DNA from: Octopus vulgaris
Lineage: Eukaryota
Assembly (NCBI GenBank): GCA_951406725.2
Contig: OX597826.1
Location: 54,560,001-54,624,000 of the forward strand
DNA length: 64,000 nt
Reading direction: 5' to 3'
In this document: positions 14,225 to 28,007 of the stretch, in pieces
Position numbering within the stretch: the stretch's first letter is position 1
Layout of the letters: every line of letters starts with the position of its first letter
Notes under the pieces: generated by a model
Databases searched by the model: none
What the model was told of the DNA's origin: nothing
Seen by the model: only the letters and a program-made list of their open reading frames with translations
Translations under genes and position numbers: made by a program

Positions 14225-14555
14225 CATCAACATCAGTTCTTTACTACTACAGTATTTTATCAACCCTGAAAAAGAATAAACGATAAAGTTGACTTCAACA
14301 GGATTTGAGCTTAAAATGTAATTAGCTGGAACAAAACATTGTAGGACAATTTTTCCGATGCTCTAACGATTCTGCCAGATCTATACCTTCGATAAGAAAA
14401 AAAATTGTGTTTCTGATTCCGGCACAAGAGCAGTTAATTTTCAGGGGCTTTCAGTAGTTGATTGGTACATAAGCGAGATTTGAACTCAGAATGTAAATAC
14501 CCTGGAGAAATATTCCAGGTAATTTTTATCTTAGCGTATTAACGATTCTGCCAAT
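14225..14555 (-). mobile_element. Two degenerate family B SINE remnants
   Basis: gatttgaactcagaa and aacgattctgcca motifs. Confidence 0.55.
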
Positions 14556-14929
14556 GTTTTTATAACAGAACGCATGTAGCACGAACTCTACGTAATTACT
14601 TCTCAATGACAAAACGCAGCTAACACTACACATATTCTATATAAATACCTCGCAATGCTACGTTACAACACGCACGCAACACATGCTCTATGTAGAAGTT
14701 ACCATTACTATAGAAGCTTTCACACGGCGAAGAGTTATACACACGTAAATAACATAAGATGAACCACCTACACAAAACAGGAAAGAGCACAACAAATATG
14801 GAAGACTAAATTAGATTTAACTCAAACACTTATCTAATGTGCAAAACTAGAATAGTTCAACAACACAAATTAGAAAGACTTAGGTGAACCTGGAGGTACA
14901 GTGAAAAACTTATATGAAACTACAGAATA

Positions 14930-14981
14930 AATATTAATAATAATAATAATTTTAATAATAATAATAATAATAACAATAATG

Positions 14982-15066
<85 letters not shown>

Positions 15067-15222
15067 CAGTAATAAAAATAAGCATCGAAATAAATTCAAA
15101 CAAAAGGATGAGAACAAAAATAAAAATTATTTTTATCATTATTGATATTATTATTATTATTATCATTATTATTATTATTGTTATTATTATTGTTGTTGTT
15201 ATTATTATTATTATTATTATTA

Positions 15223-15295
<73 letters not shown>

Positions 15296-15310
15296 GTTAT
15301 TATTATTATA
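14930..15310. repeat. (AAT)n followed by (ATT)n arrays
   Basis: Seen directly; the two arrays are mutually complementary. Confidence 0.95.
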
Positions 15311-15513
15311 AATCACAGAAATGCCCGAATAATATTTTTATCTAGGTAATCCAATGTTTTTCGGTTGAACAGAAATTTATAAATATATATTGGTATTGAA
15401 GATATATATATGTATATATACATACATGCGCATATGCAATGTAAATGTATGTACATGCGTATACTTAAGCACATAAGCAACATAATGTAGTCTATAATAT
15501 TCATATATATCTC

Positions 15514-15567
<54 letters not shown>

Positions 15568-15622
15568 AAAGGAATATATTTCTTCAGGAATATATGTATA
15601 TATAAATAAATAATGTAACACA

Positions 15623-15683
<61 letters not shown>

Positions 15684-16359
15684 ACTACATATTTAACATA
15701 GTTTGCAAACGAATTATGATATATAAATGTCATATCTCATATAATTTGCCTGCAGTAGCAGCTCTCTAACATGTATTTGTGGTTTTATGATGTAACAAAC
15801 AATTCTAAATAGATTGAACACGGTTCTGACAATTGTTAAACAAGGTAGAAAAGTCTGCGAATATTCCAGACTAACGGGAGTCAAAAGAATCGAAAAGTTA
15901 GACAGAAATACACTTAACTGGTTCTGTGCTTTAAGATTTATTTAACATTCAACAGGAAATGGTCCATTAAAATGGCGGATGGCGAGTCGACGTTGGGGAA
16001 TATATGGTATTTAGGATTAAGGAGAAATCGGTTGTCGGTATTACTAGTATTGATGGTGATGATGCTGACGATGTTATTGATGTTGTTGTTGGCGTTGTTG
16101 TGTTTTTGTTGCTTAACCCTATATCTATCTCGTTCGATCAAGCAACCATTGCTATGCCAGCACATTTTTAGCCATGGTGCCTCTGCAACCGCCATTACCA
16201 ATATACTTTTCTTCTTCTTCTTCTCCTCATCTTTGTTAACTACAGAATGTGTCATTTATTGAAGATGGCAGTACTCGAATAGAAAGGAGTTCGGCTGTTG
16301 TTGCTGCTATTTCTAGCAGTCCTAGAGAGGCGTCCATTCTTGGCTAGGTTCGGGCATGT

Positions 16360-16592
16360 TGATGTTGTTGCTGATGATACAGAAGATGATGATGTTGATG
16401 GTGAGGATAATGAGGATAATAAAGAAGAAGATGATGATGATGATGATAAGAGGAACGCGAAGAGGAGAGGTAAAAGGAAGATGAGAATTTCGATGATTAC
16501 AATGTCGATGACGTCGATGACGATGACCGTGATAATGATGATGATGACTACGACAACGACTACGATGATGATGATAATGATGATGATTACAC

Positions 16593-16628
<36 letters not shown>

Positions 16629-16711
16629 CGTTGATGATGACGATGATGACAATGATGACGATAATGATGATGATGACGAAGACCACGAAGATGACGATAA
16701 TGATGATGATA

Positions 16712-16749
<38 letters not shown>

Positions 16750-16825
16750 AACGATGATAATGATAATGACGATGATGACGGCGACAACGGTGGGGGTGAT
16801 GACGATGACTGCGATAATGATGATA
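16360..16825. repeat. Compound (GAT)n array
   Basis: Seen directly. Confidence 0.9.
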
Positions 16826-17900
16826 CTTTCTATTGTTGGCACTGCTATTCCGAGTGATGCTTTTGTTATTGTCACAAAATCGTTGTTGTTATTGTTGTTA
16901 AATCTTGTAGTTATCTTCCACTATCATTAAAACTGGTGTTAGTTAGTGCTGTTAGTTATTAGCTCCAATTCCCCGAACTCACCAATCGATCTCTAATCAA
17001 TTTGTCACAGACTAAACCATCCAGTGTTGATGTATTTAATTAATTACTTTGGCAAACATTTCACCGAAGGTACCCAGTACCCCTTCATAAAGACAGGGCT
17101 CTTTTGCAAACGAGTTTACACATGCGTGCCAAAGACAGAGTATTATTATATACATACTTGATTTGCTAGAAATAACCTCTAAATGTTCCTCTAATTAGAT
17201 CTCACTGCAGTCGTACATTGCAACATGTAGTCCTTGATACATTGTATTTGAAAGACTGGCTGGTCACGAATGACGAATATATTTTGAGTAGTTGGACATA
17301 GCTTCCTTTGGAATTGTCTCTTATTGGATTATATACATCATAACTTACGTTATAAATGTATCATATACATATATACCGTATTTTGGAGGCTAAAAATTTG
17401 GAAAAAAGGGTTCTGTAAGTGATCATAATAGTATCAACGTATAAGAAACTCATATTTTTCAAACCTATTTTTGTCAAAAAATGGGTCCTTTAAAATGCAA
17501 TAATTTATATATACGCATGTATCATAACTCCTGCTGGTTAATCTGAGATCCCTTGATGATTATGTAACCTTCATTTGACTAAGATATTTTTGGCTTGATG
17601 AGTAGCTAGTAGAGTACCCCTCATTGAGTTCTATTAGCTAAGAGACATATGTAGCCTGGAGTTTACCTGCTCCATTCCACAAATTTGGATTTTATTCGCA
17701 TACATCGGAACCCCAGTTGCTAACCGTGAACTATGAAATAGCTCTTTCAGCTTATCGAACTTCGATATAGGAAACATTTATAACATTCTACTTCAATAAA
17801 CCACTATTGTTCATGAAGGTTGGTTTTCTTTATACCTTTTACGGGCTGCTTGAAGCTTACTAACTTCATGCACCTGGATCCTTAGATCTTACTTTTACAT

Positions 17901-17951
<51 letters not shown>

Positions 17952-17981
17952 GTATATATATATATCGTACATACACACATA

Positions 17982-18300
17982 TCTTCTTCTATTCTTCTTC
18001 TTCTTCTTCTTCTTCTTCTTCTTCTTCTCCTCCTCCTCCTCTCCTCCTTCTTCTTCTTCTTCTTCTTTTTCTTCTTCTTCTTCTTCTTCTTCTTCTTCTC
18101 CTCCTCCTCTCCTCCTCCTCCTCCTCCTCCTTCTTCTTCTTCTTCTTCTTCTTCTTCTCTTTCTTCTTCTTCTTCTTCTTCTTCTTCTTCTTCTTCTTCT
18201 TCCTCTCCTCCTTCTTCTTTTTCTTCTTCTTCTTCTTCTTCTTCTTCTTCTTCTTCTTCTCCTCCTTCTTCTTCTTCTTCTTCTTCTTCTTCTTCTTCGC
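17982..18300. repeat. (CTT/CCT)n polypyrimidine tract
   Basis: Seen directly. Confidence 0.95.
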
Positions 18301-18369
18301 CGTCTCCTTCCTCGCCGTCTCTCACTGCTGCTTAACCAATCAAAACCCAGAACCCACGTTCTTCATATT

Positions 18370-18510
18370 CTTTCCTACTCTAGGCCCAAGGCCCGAAATA
18401 TTTGGGGAGGGGGGCCAGTCATTTAGATCGATCACAGTACCCAACTGATACTTAATTTATCAACCCCGAAAGCATGAAAGATAAAGTCGACCTCGGCGGA
18501 ATTTGAACTC
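18370..18510 (-). mobile_element. Family B SINE variant, 5' truncated
   Basis: aaagtcgacctcggcggaatttgaactc. Confidence 0.7.
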
Positions 18511-18889
18511 GACCACTTCCTTCATATTAAATATTATTCATTTTTAAAAAAATTGATTTATTTAGTTTGTACTTTAAGCACGAAACTAGTCCTGTATTAA
18601 CCACGCTAAACCTTAAAATAGACTTAATTCATCTCGCCCGCCTTACATCAATTCGTATCAAGGAGAATTGACGATGTTTTATTTAAACATTGATCATTCA
18701 ACACACATGGAGATAAGGATTTTAACTGCTCTGCTCCCTCTCTTTATGTCTCTCTCTATATATACATAATTTGCCGTTATCGCCCCCAACGGCAAGTTAG
18801 AAGTGGGCTGAACTGTGAACGAAGAAGCATGACTTCTTTCTCTTTAACTTTTTTTGAAAAAAAAAAAATATATATATATATATCTTTTT

Positions 18890-19289
18890 TCTCTTTTTAC
18901 TTGTTTCAGTCATTTTGACTGCGGCCATGCTGGTGCACCGCCTTTAATCGAGCAACTCGACCCCGGGACTTATTCTTTGTAAGCCCAGTACTTATTCTAT
19001 CGGTCTCTTTTGCCGAACCGCTAAGTTACGGGGACATAAACACACCAGCATCGGTTGTCAAGCAATGCTAGGGGGACAAGCACAGACACACAAACATACA
19101 CGCACATACATATATATGCATATATACGACGAGCTTCTTTCAGTTTCCGTCTACCAAATCCACTCACAAGGCTTTGGTCGGCCCGAGGCTATAGTAGAAG
19201 ACACTTGCCCAAGGTGCCACGCAGTGGGGCTGAACCCGGAAACATGTGGTTGGTAAACAAGCTACTTACTACACAGCCACTCCTGAGCC
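18890..19289 (-). mobile_element. SINE family A, full length
   Basis: Reverse complement of the family A consensus, from head (cacagccactcctg) to tail. Confidence 0.88.
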
Positions 19290-19589
19290 GTCGATATAAT
19301 CATCTTCATTATAATAGTCATCAACACACATACACATAAAGTGACTCATACAATCCATTAGTAAGGAAGAAATCTAAAGCGTGATTAAGGAGGAAATAGA
19401 ACCCAGTATGCGACTGGTTTTCTACTTTCGATTTCAATGAGAGAGAAGTAGGTTTCCCAACGGCTGATCTCGATCTCGGAACGGAGGAGAACCAGATCCC
19501 CTACTAAATGATCTTTACTCTGGCCCGTTACTGACTTTACCTCACACAGCGTACGTTGTACAAAACGTATTATGAATAAATAGATAAAT

Positions 19590-20490
19590 TCGTTCTGGGC
19601 TTCTCGTTGTTCAGTGTTTACTTCATGAGTTATTATCTGTTTGGGAGTCATCAGCGCTTGTCAGATAATAATTTGCTGATTTCATAAATAAGAGTTCGTG
19701 TTTTCATTAGAATCATCGACCCAGCAGAAAAGATTTAACTGAGGAGACACACAATACGATCGAAACGTTGTAGTGTCTCAAAGTCCTCTTGCACTGGTGA
19801 ATCCCATGGGTTATCGCCTTCAGGGATGTAGGCATTTTCCGTTGGGGAAAAACGATAGCGATGAGGTATTCCCGTTCGAATCTGATACAGCATATTAAGA
19901 ACGAATACATATGATATTGTTTGGATTCTCGGTGTTCTGCGTGCTCACATTAAATTATTGCCAGTTTCGAAGACATTAGCACACATTACCAAATAATTTG
20001 ATGACTAATTTCTATAAACAAGAACTCGTGTTCTCGTTAGGATAATAGGTCTGTTGGGGTATCGTTGACTGAGAAGACACACAAGATTTTAAAAGCCACG
20101 TTATCTCAAAGTCACACTAGTGAAGCGGGAAATACTATATATATGAAAATACATCGTTTGAAGATAGGAGGCGTTCTCCGGTGACGAAAAATATCAGCGA
20201 TCAGATATTCACGGTCGAATCGGTTCAGAATGGTTATGTGAATTATTGTTTGTTTTCTCTCTGTTCTCCCTGCTCCCAATGAATTAAAATTCTGAGTTTA
20301 TTGAAGTACAGGAAGACCTTACATTTCCAGTTAATAAACTGCCACAAGCACGGCGATAATTACAGCCATAACGTTTTTAATATGTGCCAGCTGTTTCGAA
20401 CGCGAATATTCAAATTGCTGTTGCGTTTTGTTACAAAAGAGTAGCTTCTCCTTTGCGATGAATATTAACATATTCACGTTCGAATCTACC
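19590..20490. repeat. Old diverged tandem repeat, ~330 bp period
   Basis: Shared blocks: actgaggagacacacaa (19738) / actgagaagacacacaa (20068); tattcccgttcgaatc / tattcacggtcgaatc / tattcacgttcgaatc; ttctc..tgttc..atta at 19601, 19926 and 20255. Confidence 0.7.
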
Positions 20491-20939
20491 GCATCGCATC
20501 AATAATAAGTATACAAGTTATCGCTGACATTTCAAGTTAGTTATCCAAAAACGAGTTGTGTAGTGTGCTGTAACAGAATTAAAGGACATTATATTTGTCA
20601 AAGTGGGAATCTAATTACTATCGTTCATTAGGGAATGGTAGAATGGTATATGAACACTTTTTGGACATTATTTTCATGCCAGCTTTTAGAAATCAATTAA
20701 TTCGTTATACTCAACAATTTGGCAGTGAAGCTAATTTCGTTAAACTTGTGTGCAAGCGTAAGTCAGCATTTGTTTGAACCATTTCTACATGGTTCCTCGA
20801 AGTCTGCGATTGACTAAAATTTTATAAACACAAATTGCTTACATCCGACTGAACAACACTCATCCCTTTTATTCTGTTTTCTATATAAAAATCTGCAAGT
20901 TCTATCATATATGTGTGGACCCATATTTACATACACAGA

Positions 20940-21026
<87 letters not shown>

Positions 21027-21152
21027 ATATATATATATATTTGCATATGCATGCATGTATATAGATATATGTATATGTATATACATATATATACATGTCT
21101 ATATACACATATATGTGTACATAAACATATATGTATAGATGTATATATGCAT

Positions 21153-21183
<31 letters not shown>

Positions 21184-22864
21184 CGTGTGTGTGCATATAC
21201 ATATGTATATTACGTGCATATATGCATAAATACATGTATTTATGTATATATATATATATATAGATATATATATATATACTTATACATAGATTATAAGTAC
21301 ATGCATATACATGTACATGTATACGTACACACACACATACACACACACACAATCCTAACACAACTTATTTTTCAGAACTTTTTCTCTCTTTACCAATTAT
21401 CTGACATACTCCACTACCACACTGTTTCCCCACTCTGTTAATAAAATCATATTTAGAATTATATTTCAATCAGTTTAATACAGTGGATATGAAAACAGGA
21501 TGTGATATATGCTATAATAAGAGTAAACTTGAATATTATTTTATGAAACAGAGATCATATGGTGAAAGAACAACATACCAATTGATCCAACAAAGGAACC
21601 GATAGCCTGTCTGGCCCCAATCACTATGCTCTGACGCAAACCAACAATAGTAAGTGAAGATGCGCAGTACCATTCAATCATTCGTTATCTGATTGATTCT
21701 GCTTTGCCTGTGTGTCTGCTTTGGACGCTGCCAGAATATGTAAGCGTACAAGCTAACACAAGGACATATACGTTTGTAGTAGTTCGTTTGGTCTGCTAGA
21801 AATAGTGGGTAAGTGTTCCTCAAATCGTTTGCAGCGTTTAAATAAAGACCACATTTGATGGTGTAGGTAGACCTAGGCTTACCAGACCTCAGAAAAGAGA
21901 GCGGAAAGAAAACAGTCGAAAGTCGAGAAGACCAGGGCTAATATTCGTTTAGTTGTAGATATGATTGGTTAGGACGGACATAGGCTAACTGCATCACCAC
22001 CACCACAACCACCACCATAATTAACAACTTCAATAACAACAAAAACAACAACAACGTAAACATCGTGAACCATGACAAGTGTAAATAATTACAATGTAGC
22101 CCACTTAGATAAGAACCGCTGGACAGTGTTTTCCGAGATACACTATCTCTGACAGCAACAACAACAACAATCATTTGGTTGGTCGTGGGTGGAGTAACTT
22201 GGGTTGAGTTAGGGCTCAGCAGCATAATATATAGCCAATCGGTGTAAAGAAAACAAACGTGGCAGAAGAGAAGATACAGCATGTTACACTCTGTTACCCG
22301 TTAATCTTATAACTTTAATCACTGCATGGTGAGTGCGCCGTATAGATCTTAGTTAGGTTGGGACATGTTAAGATTGGATGAAAAAACAAGTAACAACACC
22401 CCCAAATATGTGCCAAACATAGTCAATCACTGACTACCGCTGTACAAAAAAATGGGGGCTCTAGAACAATGAAGAAATTACGATGGCAATTATAAATAAC
22501 AAAAACAACAGCTACGACGACGATGCGAGAATCACAATGTACTCAAGCGAGGTGTAAAAAATAGTGTCTCCCATATTAATTCATACTCTCTCTTAGTAGA
22601 AGTGGTGATTCGATATATGTCTGCAAATCCATCTTAAATAAAGAAATTCGATATCATTGTCTTTGACTCCTTCAATCTCCAAAGAGAATACCCTGGTTGC
22701 TTGTTTCTATCTTTAAATGGTTCTGTAGTCATATAAGATTATTCTCATGTGGTACTGGTAAATACTGGTTTAAGTCAAAGTAGTCGTTCATTGCACACAA
22801 TTTTGACTGCTGTATATAGTCAAGGCACATTTTTTTTTACAAAATAATGAAAATGAATTTGCTA

Positions 22865-23200
22865 CAATACAGTGTTTACCATGAACATAGTACAGGGCAG
22901 AAAGACATTGTAGGAATTGTGACAAAACACTCAACTACTGAATATGATGTTGACTACATTATATTGCCACGGTTCATACTTACAAGGTAATCAGGATGAG
23001 TCATCCGTAATGCAGTGTTTACCATGGTGGCGGATGAAATTATAGGAATCGTGACAAAACACGATTTCATTCGACGTAGTTTTGATTAAATTATATGGCT
23101 GTGGTATACATTTCCAGGCTAATCAGAATGAATCAGCCATAACTAAGTTTTCACCATATACACAATACAGAGCAGGAGAACACTGTACGAATGATGTAAC
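22865..23200. repeat. Diverged tandem repeat, ~135-142 bp, about 2.5 copies
   Basis: cagtgtttaccatg...taggaat.gtgacaaaacac...taatcag.atga.tca.cc.taa recurs. Confidence 0.7.
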
Positions 23201-23539
23201 CTTTGGCTTATTCGCACTTGACGGCCAGCTGCGAATTTTAATACGAATAATGTAGCAGTAATAAGCACAGAAGTTAGAGTAGAGTTGGTCCGCTTCAGAA
23301 AATGCAATTGGACGATATTAAAAGTTCTTTTGTTGTTGTGCTTGTTTGATATTATATTTGATATTACAATCTATCTGCGCGTACGTTTACTTAGTGCACG
23401 CTTTGAATTTGAAAGCCAGTTAGTTAACGTTTCCTCGTTCAAATGAAATGGAAATAAATGTTGACAATAATATTGATAAGGAATAATAATGATAACGATG
23501 ATGTTGCTGTTGTTGTTGATGATGGTAATGATGATGATG

Positions 23540-23624
23540 ATGATAAATAATAATAATAATAATACTAATAATGATAATGATAATAATAGTCATAACGATA
23601 ATAATAATAATAATAATAATAATA

Positions 23625-23659
<35 letters not shown>

Positions 23660-23714
23660 CATAACGATAATAATAATAATACTAATAATGATAATGATAA
23701 TAATAGTCATAACG

Positions 23715-23812
<98 letters not shown>

Positions 23813-23860
23813 CATAACGATAATAATAATAAAAATAATAATAATAATGATAATAAACAT
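23540..23860. repeat. (AAT)n array with higher-order duplication
   Basis: aatactaataatgataatgataataatagtcataacgata recurs about 117 bp apart. Confidence 0.9.
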
Positions 23861-24548
23861 GTTGATAAGAAATGAAAGAATTGGTGAATACGGTCTCGGT
23901 TTATTGTTAGTGTTTGTAGCGTGGTATCATAAAATTGACTGTAATATCATTTCTTGTCATTTTGAAGGCAATAAAATAAATTTCTATAGGCAATTATATG
24001 TGTGTGTGTGTATGTATGTAGGCATACGTGTTTGAGTTTGTATATGCTTGTATGTGTGCGTGTGCGTGTGTGTGAAGAGGGTTGCGGTGTGCTTGAAGCA
24101 GTGTAGAATATGTATGACATCAAATCAGTGTTAGGGAAGACGAATGCAATGCAGGTAGAACATTAAATATTAAAATTAACAATAACGAAGATATTAAAAT
24201 GTTACCTAAGAAGTATTTGAATAGTTCTGATATTTCAGATTAAGAAGCCCTTTACGAAGGCTTTATCAAACGATAGAGGGAGAGGAAGAGGAGAGGTGTT
24301 AGGAGAGAGTTAGCGAGAGAGAGGGTGAAGGACATGTTCAACCCTTGCGAACGTTGCTTGGGTCAAACTTGTAGTTCTCTATCTTGAAGCAGGACGTAAT
24401 ATGTTGATAATTAGCACCTTACACAATGCAACACCGATGCAGGTAGAACATTAAATTTAAAAATGGCATATGTACACACATCAATCGATTCATTCGACTA
24501 CCAACATGCAAAAGAGCTTTGCCGCTTTGTTAGTGAGTTGAATTAGTG

Positions 24549-24611
<63 letters not shown>

Positions 24612-25134
24612 CATATATATAGCACAGAATTTTGTCAGTGAATAGGTCGCAGTCTCAAAGTGATGAAAATATTTTGGCAAATTAGATTTAAATGTTGAAG
24701 TGAATCTAACGGTTTTTGTGTGTTTCTTAAATGGCTTATAAACACCTTCCACGTTGCAATTGTTTTCGTTCCTGCACACGATCTCAGATCAGGTTACTTG
24801 CTGTGCAAGTACATCTCCGTAGTATGTATGTATGTATGTATATATATATATATAAATAAAAACTTGGAGAAGAGAAATAGAGAAATAACGCGTGCGTTCG
24901 GTCATATAGTAAAAAATAAATAAATAAAATATATGCATATATACATACATATATGTACATACTTACATCTACATGTATATATACATGCATACATATATAT
25001 ATATATGTGAGTACAGGACACCACAAATAAACGTAGAACACAACGAGAGACGAGAACATAAAATCAAACAAGGAAACGGACTTTTTTTAAACAACGAAAA
25101 AACAGAGTACAGGACAAACAATACAAGGAAAATT

Positions 25135-25197
25135 CCCCTTCATCAGCTGTCCCTGGTTCGACTCAAAGTGTGTTTCGAAGGTAAGGACAGAACACAG
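25135..25197 (-). ncRNA. Hammerhead ribozyme in non-circularly permuted order
   Basis: Minus strand: c tgtGTT ctgtcct ta ccttc GAAACACA ctttgagtcgaacca gggacag CTGATGA agggg. All core motifs are present, with stems III (5 bp), I (7 bp) and II (4 bp). Confidence 0.65.
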
Positions 25198-25220
25198 TCG
25201 AAGCGGTTCGTCAAAGGTCA

Positions 25221-25347
25221 TCGATAAAATAACTTAGCGGGTCGCCTAGAAGATCGATAAAGTAACCTAGCGTTTCGCCATAAATCGATAAAATAACTTA
25301 GCTGTTCCACAAAGAGAGATCGGTAAAATAATTTAGCGGTTCGCCTT
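25221..25347 (+). repeat. Four ~33-35 bp tandem units
   Basis: tcgataaaataacttagcgg... x4 with substitutions. Confidence 0.8.
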
Positions 25348-25621
25348 ATAGGGATGTGCATCAGTGTATTGGTGTGTACTTTGGTCAAACTCTTCGTCGG
25401 GCCCGAGGGTATTGGTGGAAGGTCGAGTGCGGTGACCTATGGTTGCATTAAAGATGCATCTCCGCCCGGCCATCTCCTTGTCGTCACACAGTATTTGACC
25501 AAGAACATGAATCTGAGCTATCAGGAGATTCACACACTACTGACAGATTCATTCTTATACACATACTCACACACTCACGCATGCACTGTACACACGCACG
25601 CACACATCTACGTATATATGA

Positions 25622-25670
<49 letters not shown>

Positions 25671-25693
25671 CATACATATATATACAAATACAT

Positions 25694-25753
<60 letters not shown>

Positions 25754-26002
25754 ATGTTGTTAAAAAAAGTCCGTTTCCTTGTTTGATTTTATGTTTTCGT
25801 TTCTCGTTGTGTTCGAAGTTTATTTGTGGTGTCCTTTACTCATATATGCATGTATATATATATATAGATGTAGGTATGTACATATATGTATGTATGTATG
25901 CATATGTCTTATTTATTAAATTGTTATTATATATATATATATACGTATATATATATATATATACATATATGTACAGGTATATATAAATATATACAATTAC
26001 AT

Positions 26003-26035
<33 letters not shown>

Positions 26036-26588
26036 CATATACATACGCACACATGAATACGACTGTACTGATGTCTATGTATATACATGCATACATACAT
26101 TCATTTACATAAAAATATACATACATACATACATACATACATACATACATACATACACACAAATATATATATATATATACACACAAAACGGCACAGATAG
26201 AAACATTAATGCAATGAAAATAAAGAAACAAACTTAATAAGAAAAGAAAATCGAACGAAACAAAACAATAAAATAAAACGAAATAAAAACAAAATGGACG
26301 AAACAAAAAAAGACTATCGTTTCTTCGAATCCTATGAAATATTAAGAAAGATCTTTGTGTTTGATGGATCGGTTATTTTGTCGTTAGAATGTTGGCCATT
26401 ATCAATTAATGATGTGTTTAAACAAGACACCGTAATCGTTGCACTATGAAAAGCGTATGTGTTTGTGTCTGTATGCGTAAGTGTGTGCGTGTACGTGTTT
26501 GGCAATGCGTGTAAGCGTGTGTGTGTAGTTGCGAATCTGTTTGGTTTTTACACCAGCAGACGCACACACACACACACACACACGCACG

Positions 26589-26626
<38 letters not shown>

Positions 26627-26789
26627 CACACGCACGCTCGCACGCACGCACAGTAGCACGAATATACAGGTGCTTAGAACAAGTATTAATCAAATGCACA
26701 ACACACACCACGCTCGTTTTTATTGCCGCACTTACTTTTCCTATCTTACCGTCGCACCGTTTTATTGTTTCGACTGTTCAAGTGTCTTT

Positions 26790-26905
26790 ATGTCATCATC
26801 GTCGTCGTCGTTATCATCATCATCATCATCTTTAACATCATCATCATCATCGTCGTCATGAAGATCATCATGATCATCATCATTACCACAACCATCATCA
26901 TCTTT

Positions 26906-26945
<40 letters not shown>

Positions 26946-27639
26946 GCATCCTCATCATCATCACCGTCGTCATCGAGATCATCATGATCATCATGATCAT
27001 CACTACCACCACCATCGTCATCATCTTTATAATCATCTTGAACATCATCATCATCATCATCATCATCATTATTCTGGTCCTGTTCCTACTTCTCCATCTC
27101 CTCCTCCGGTTCCTTCTCCCCTACATCATCATCATCATCATCATCATCGTCGTCGTCATCATCAAAATCATTATCATCATCATCATTACCACCACTGTTA
27201 TCATCTTTATTATCATCTTTATAATCATCTTTAACATTATCATCATCATCTTCATCGTTATTCTCCTCCTCCTCCTGTTCCTCCTCCTGCTTTTCCTCCC
27301 CCGTTCCCTCTCCCCTATTCCTCCTCCTCCTGTTCCTCCTCCTACTTCTCCTCCTCCGTTTCCTTCTCCCCTACATCATCATCATCATCATCGTCATTAT
27401 CGTTATCTCATAACATCCTCGTTATTATTATCTTCGCGTTCATCATCATAATCGACGTCATCATTGTCTTCATCGTCGTTATCGACATCATGCTCTTCAT
27501 CTTCATCCACATTGTCGTCATCGATTTTGTTGTCGGTGTCATCATCATCATTATCAGCATCATTATGTTCTAATTCTTGGCCATTGACGTTGTTGTTATT
27601 GTTGTTCTTGTTGCTGCTGCTGCTGTTGTTGTTGTTGTT

Positions 27640-27672
<33 letters not shown>

Positions 27673-27790
27673 CTTCTTCTTCTTCTTCTTCTTCTTCTTC
27701 TTCTTCTTCTTCTTCTTCTTCTTCTTCTTCTTCTTCTTCTTCTTCTTCTTCTTCTTCTTCTTCTTCTTTTTCTTCTTCTTCTACTTCTTG
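26790..27790. repeat. Compound (CAT)n, (CCT)n, (GTT)n, (CTT)n arrays
   Basis: Seen directly. Confidence 0.9.
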
Positions 27791-27903
27791 TACCTTTTTT
27801 TCTTCAATTTTTCTCTCAAATTTCTCTTCCTTTTCTTTTTTTTCTCATTTCGTCCCATTCATGGTTCGTTGCTTGCCGAACGTTGAGAGACAGTAAAACA
27901 GTG

Positions 27904-27973
<70 letters not shown>

Positions 27974-27976
27974 CGC

Positions 27977-28007
<31 letters not shown>

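Larger units (their letters stand above)
24917..25920. mobile_element. PLE-like non-autonomous element with inverted terminal segments
   Basis: 24917-25095 is the inverted match of 25755-25920; a hammerhead lies just inside the left arm; flanked by (TA)n. Confidence 0.6.

Noticed and set aside
17374-17510. Degenerate TACCGTA-type MITE
   Set aside because: Only one terminus is recognisable.
19736-19780. Hammerhead at CTGAGGA...GAAACGTTGTA
   Set aside because: Stem I cannot form, and the stronger gagacac/gtgtctc hairpin competes with the fold.
19590-20490. Cadherin-repeat (protocadherin) coding array suggested by the ~330-bp period
   Set aside because: Stops in the frames examined and no DxD/LDRE/DxNDN motifs.
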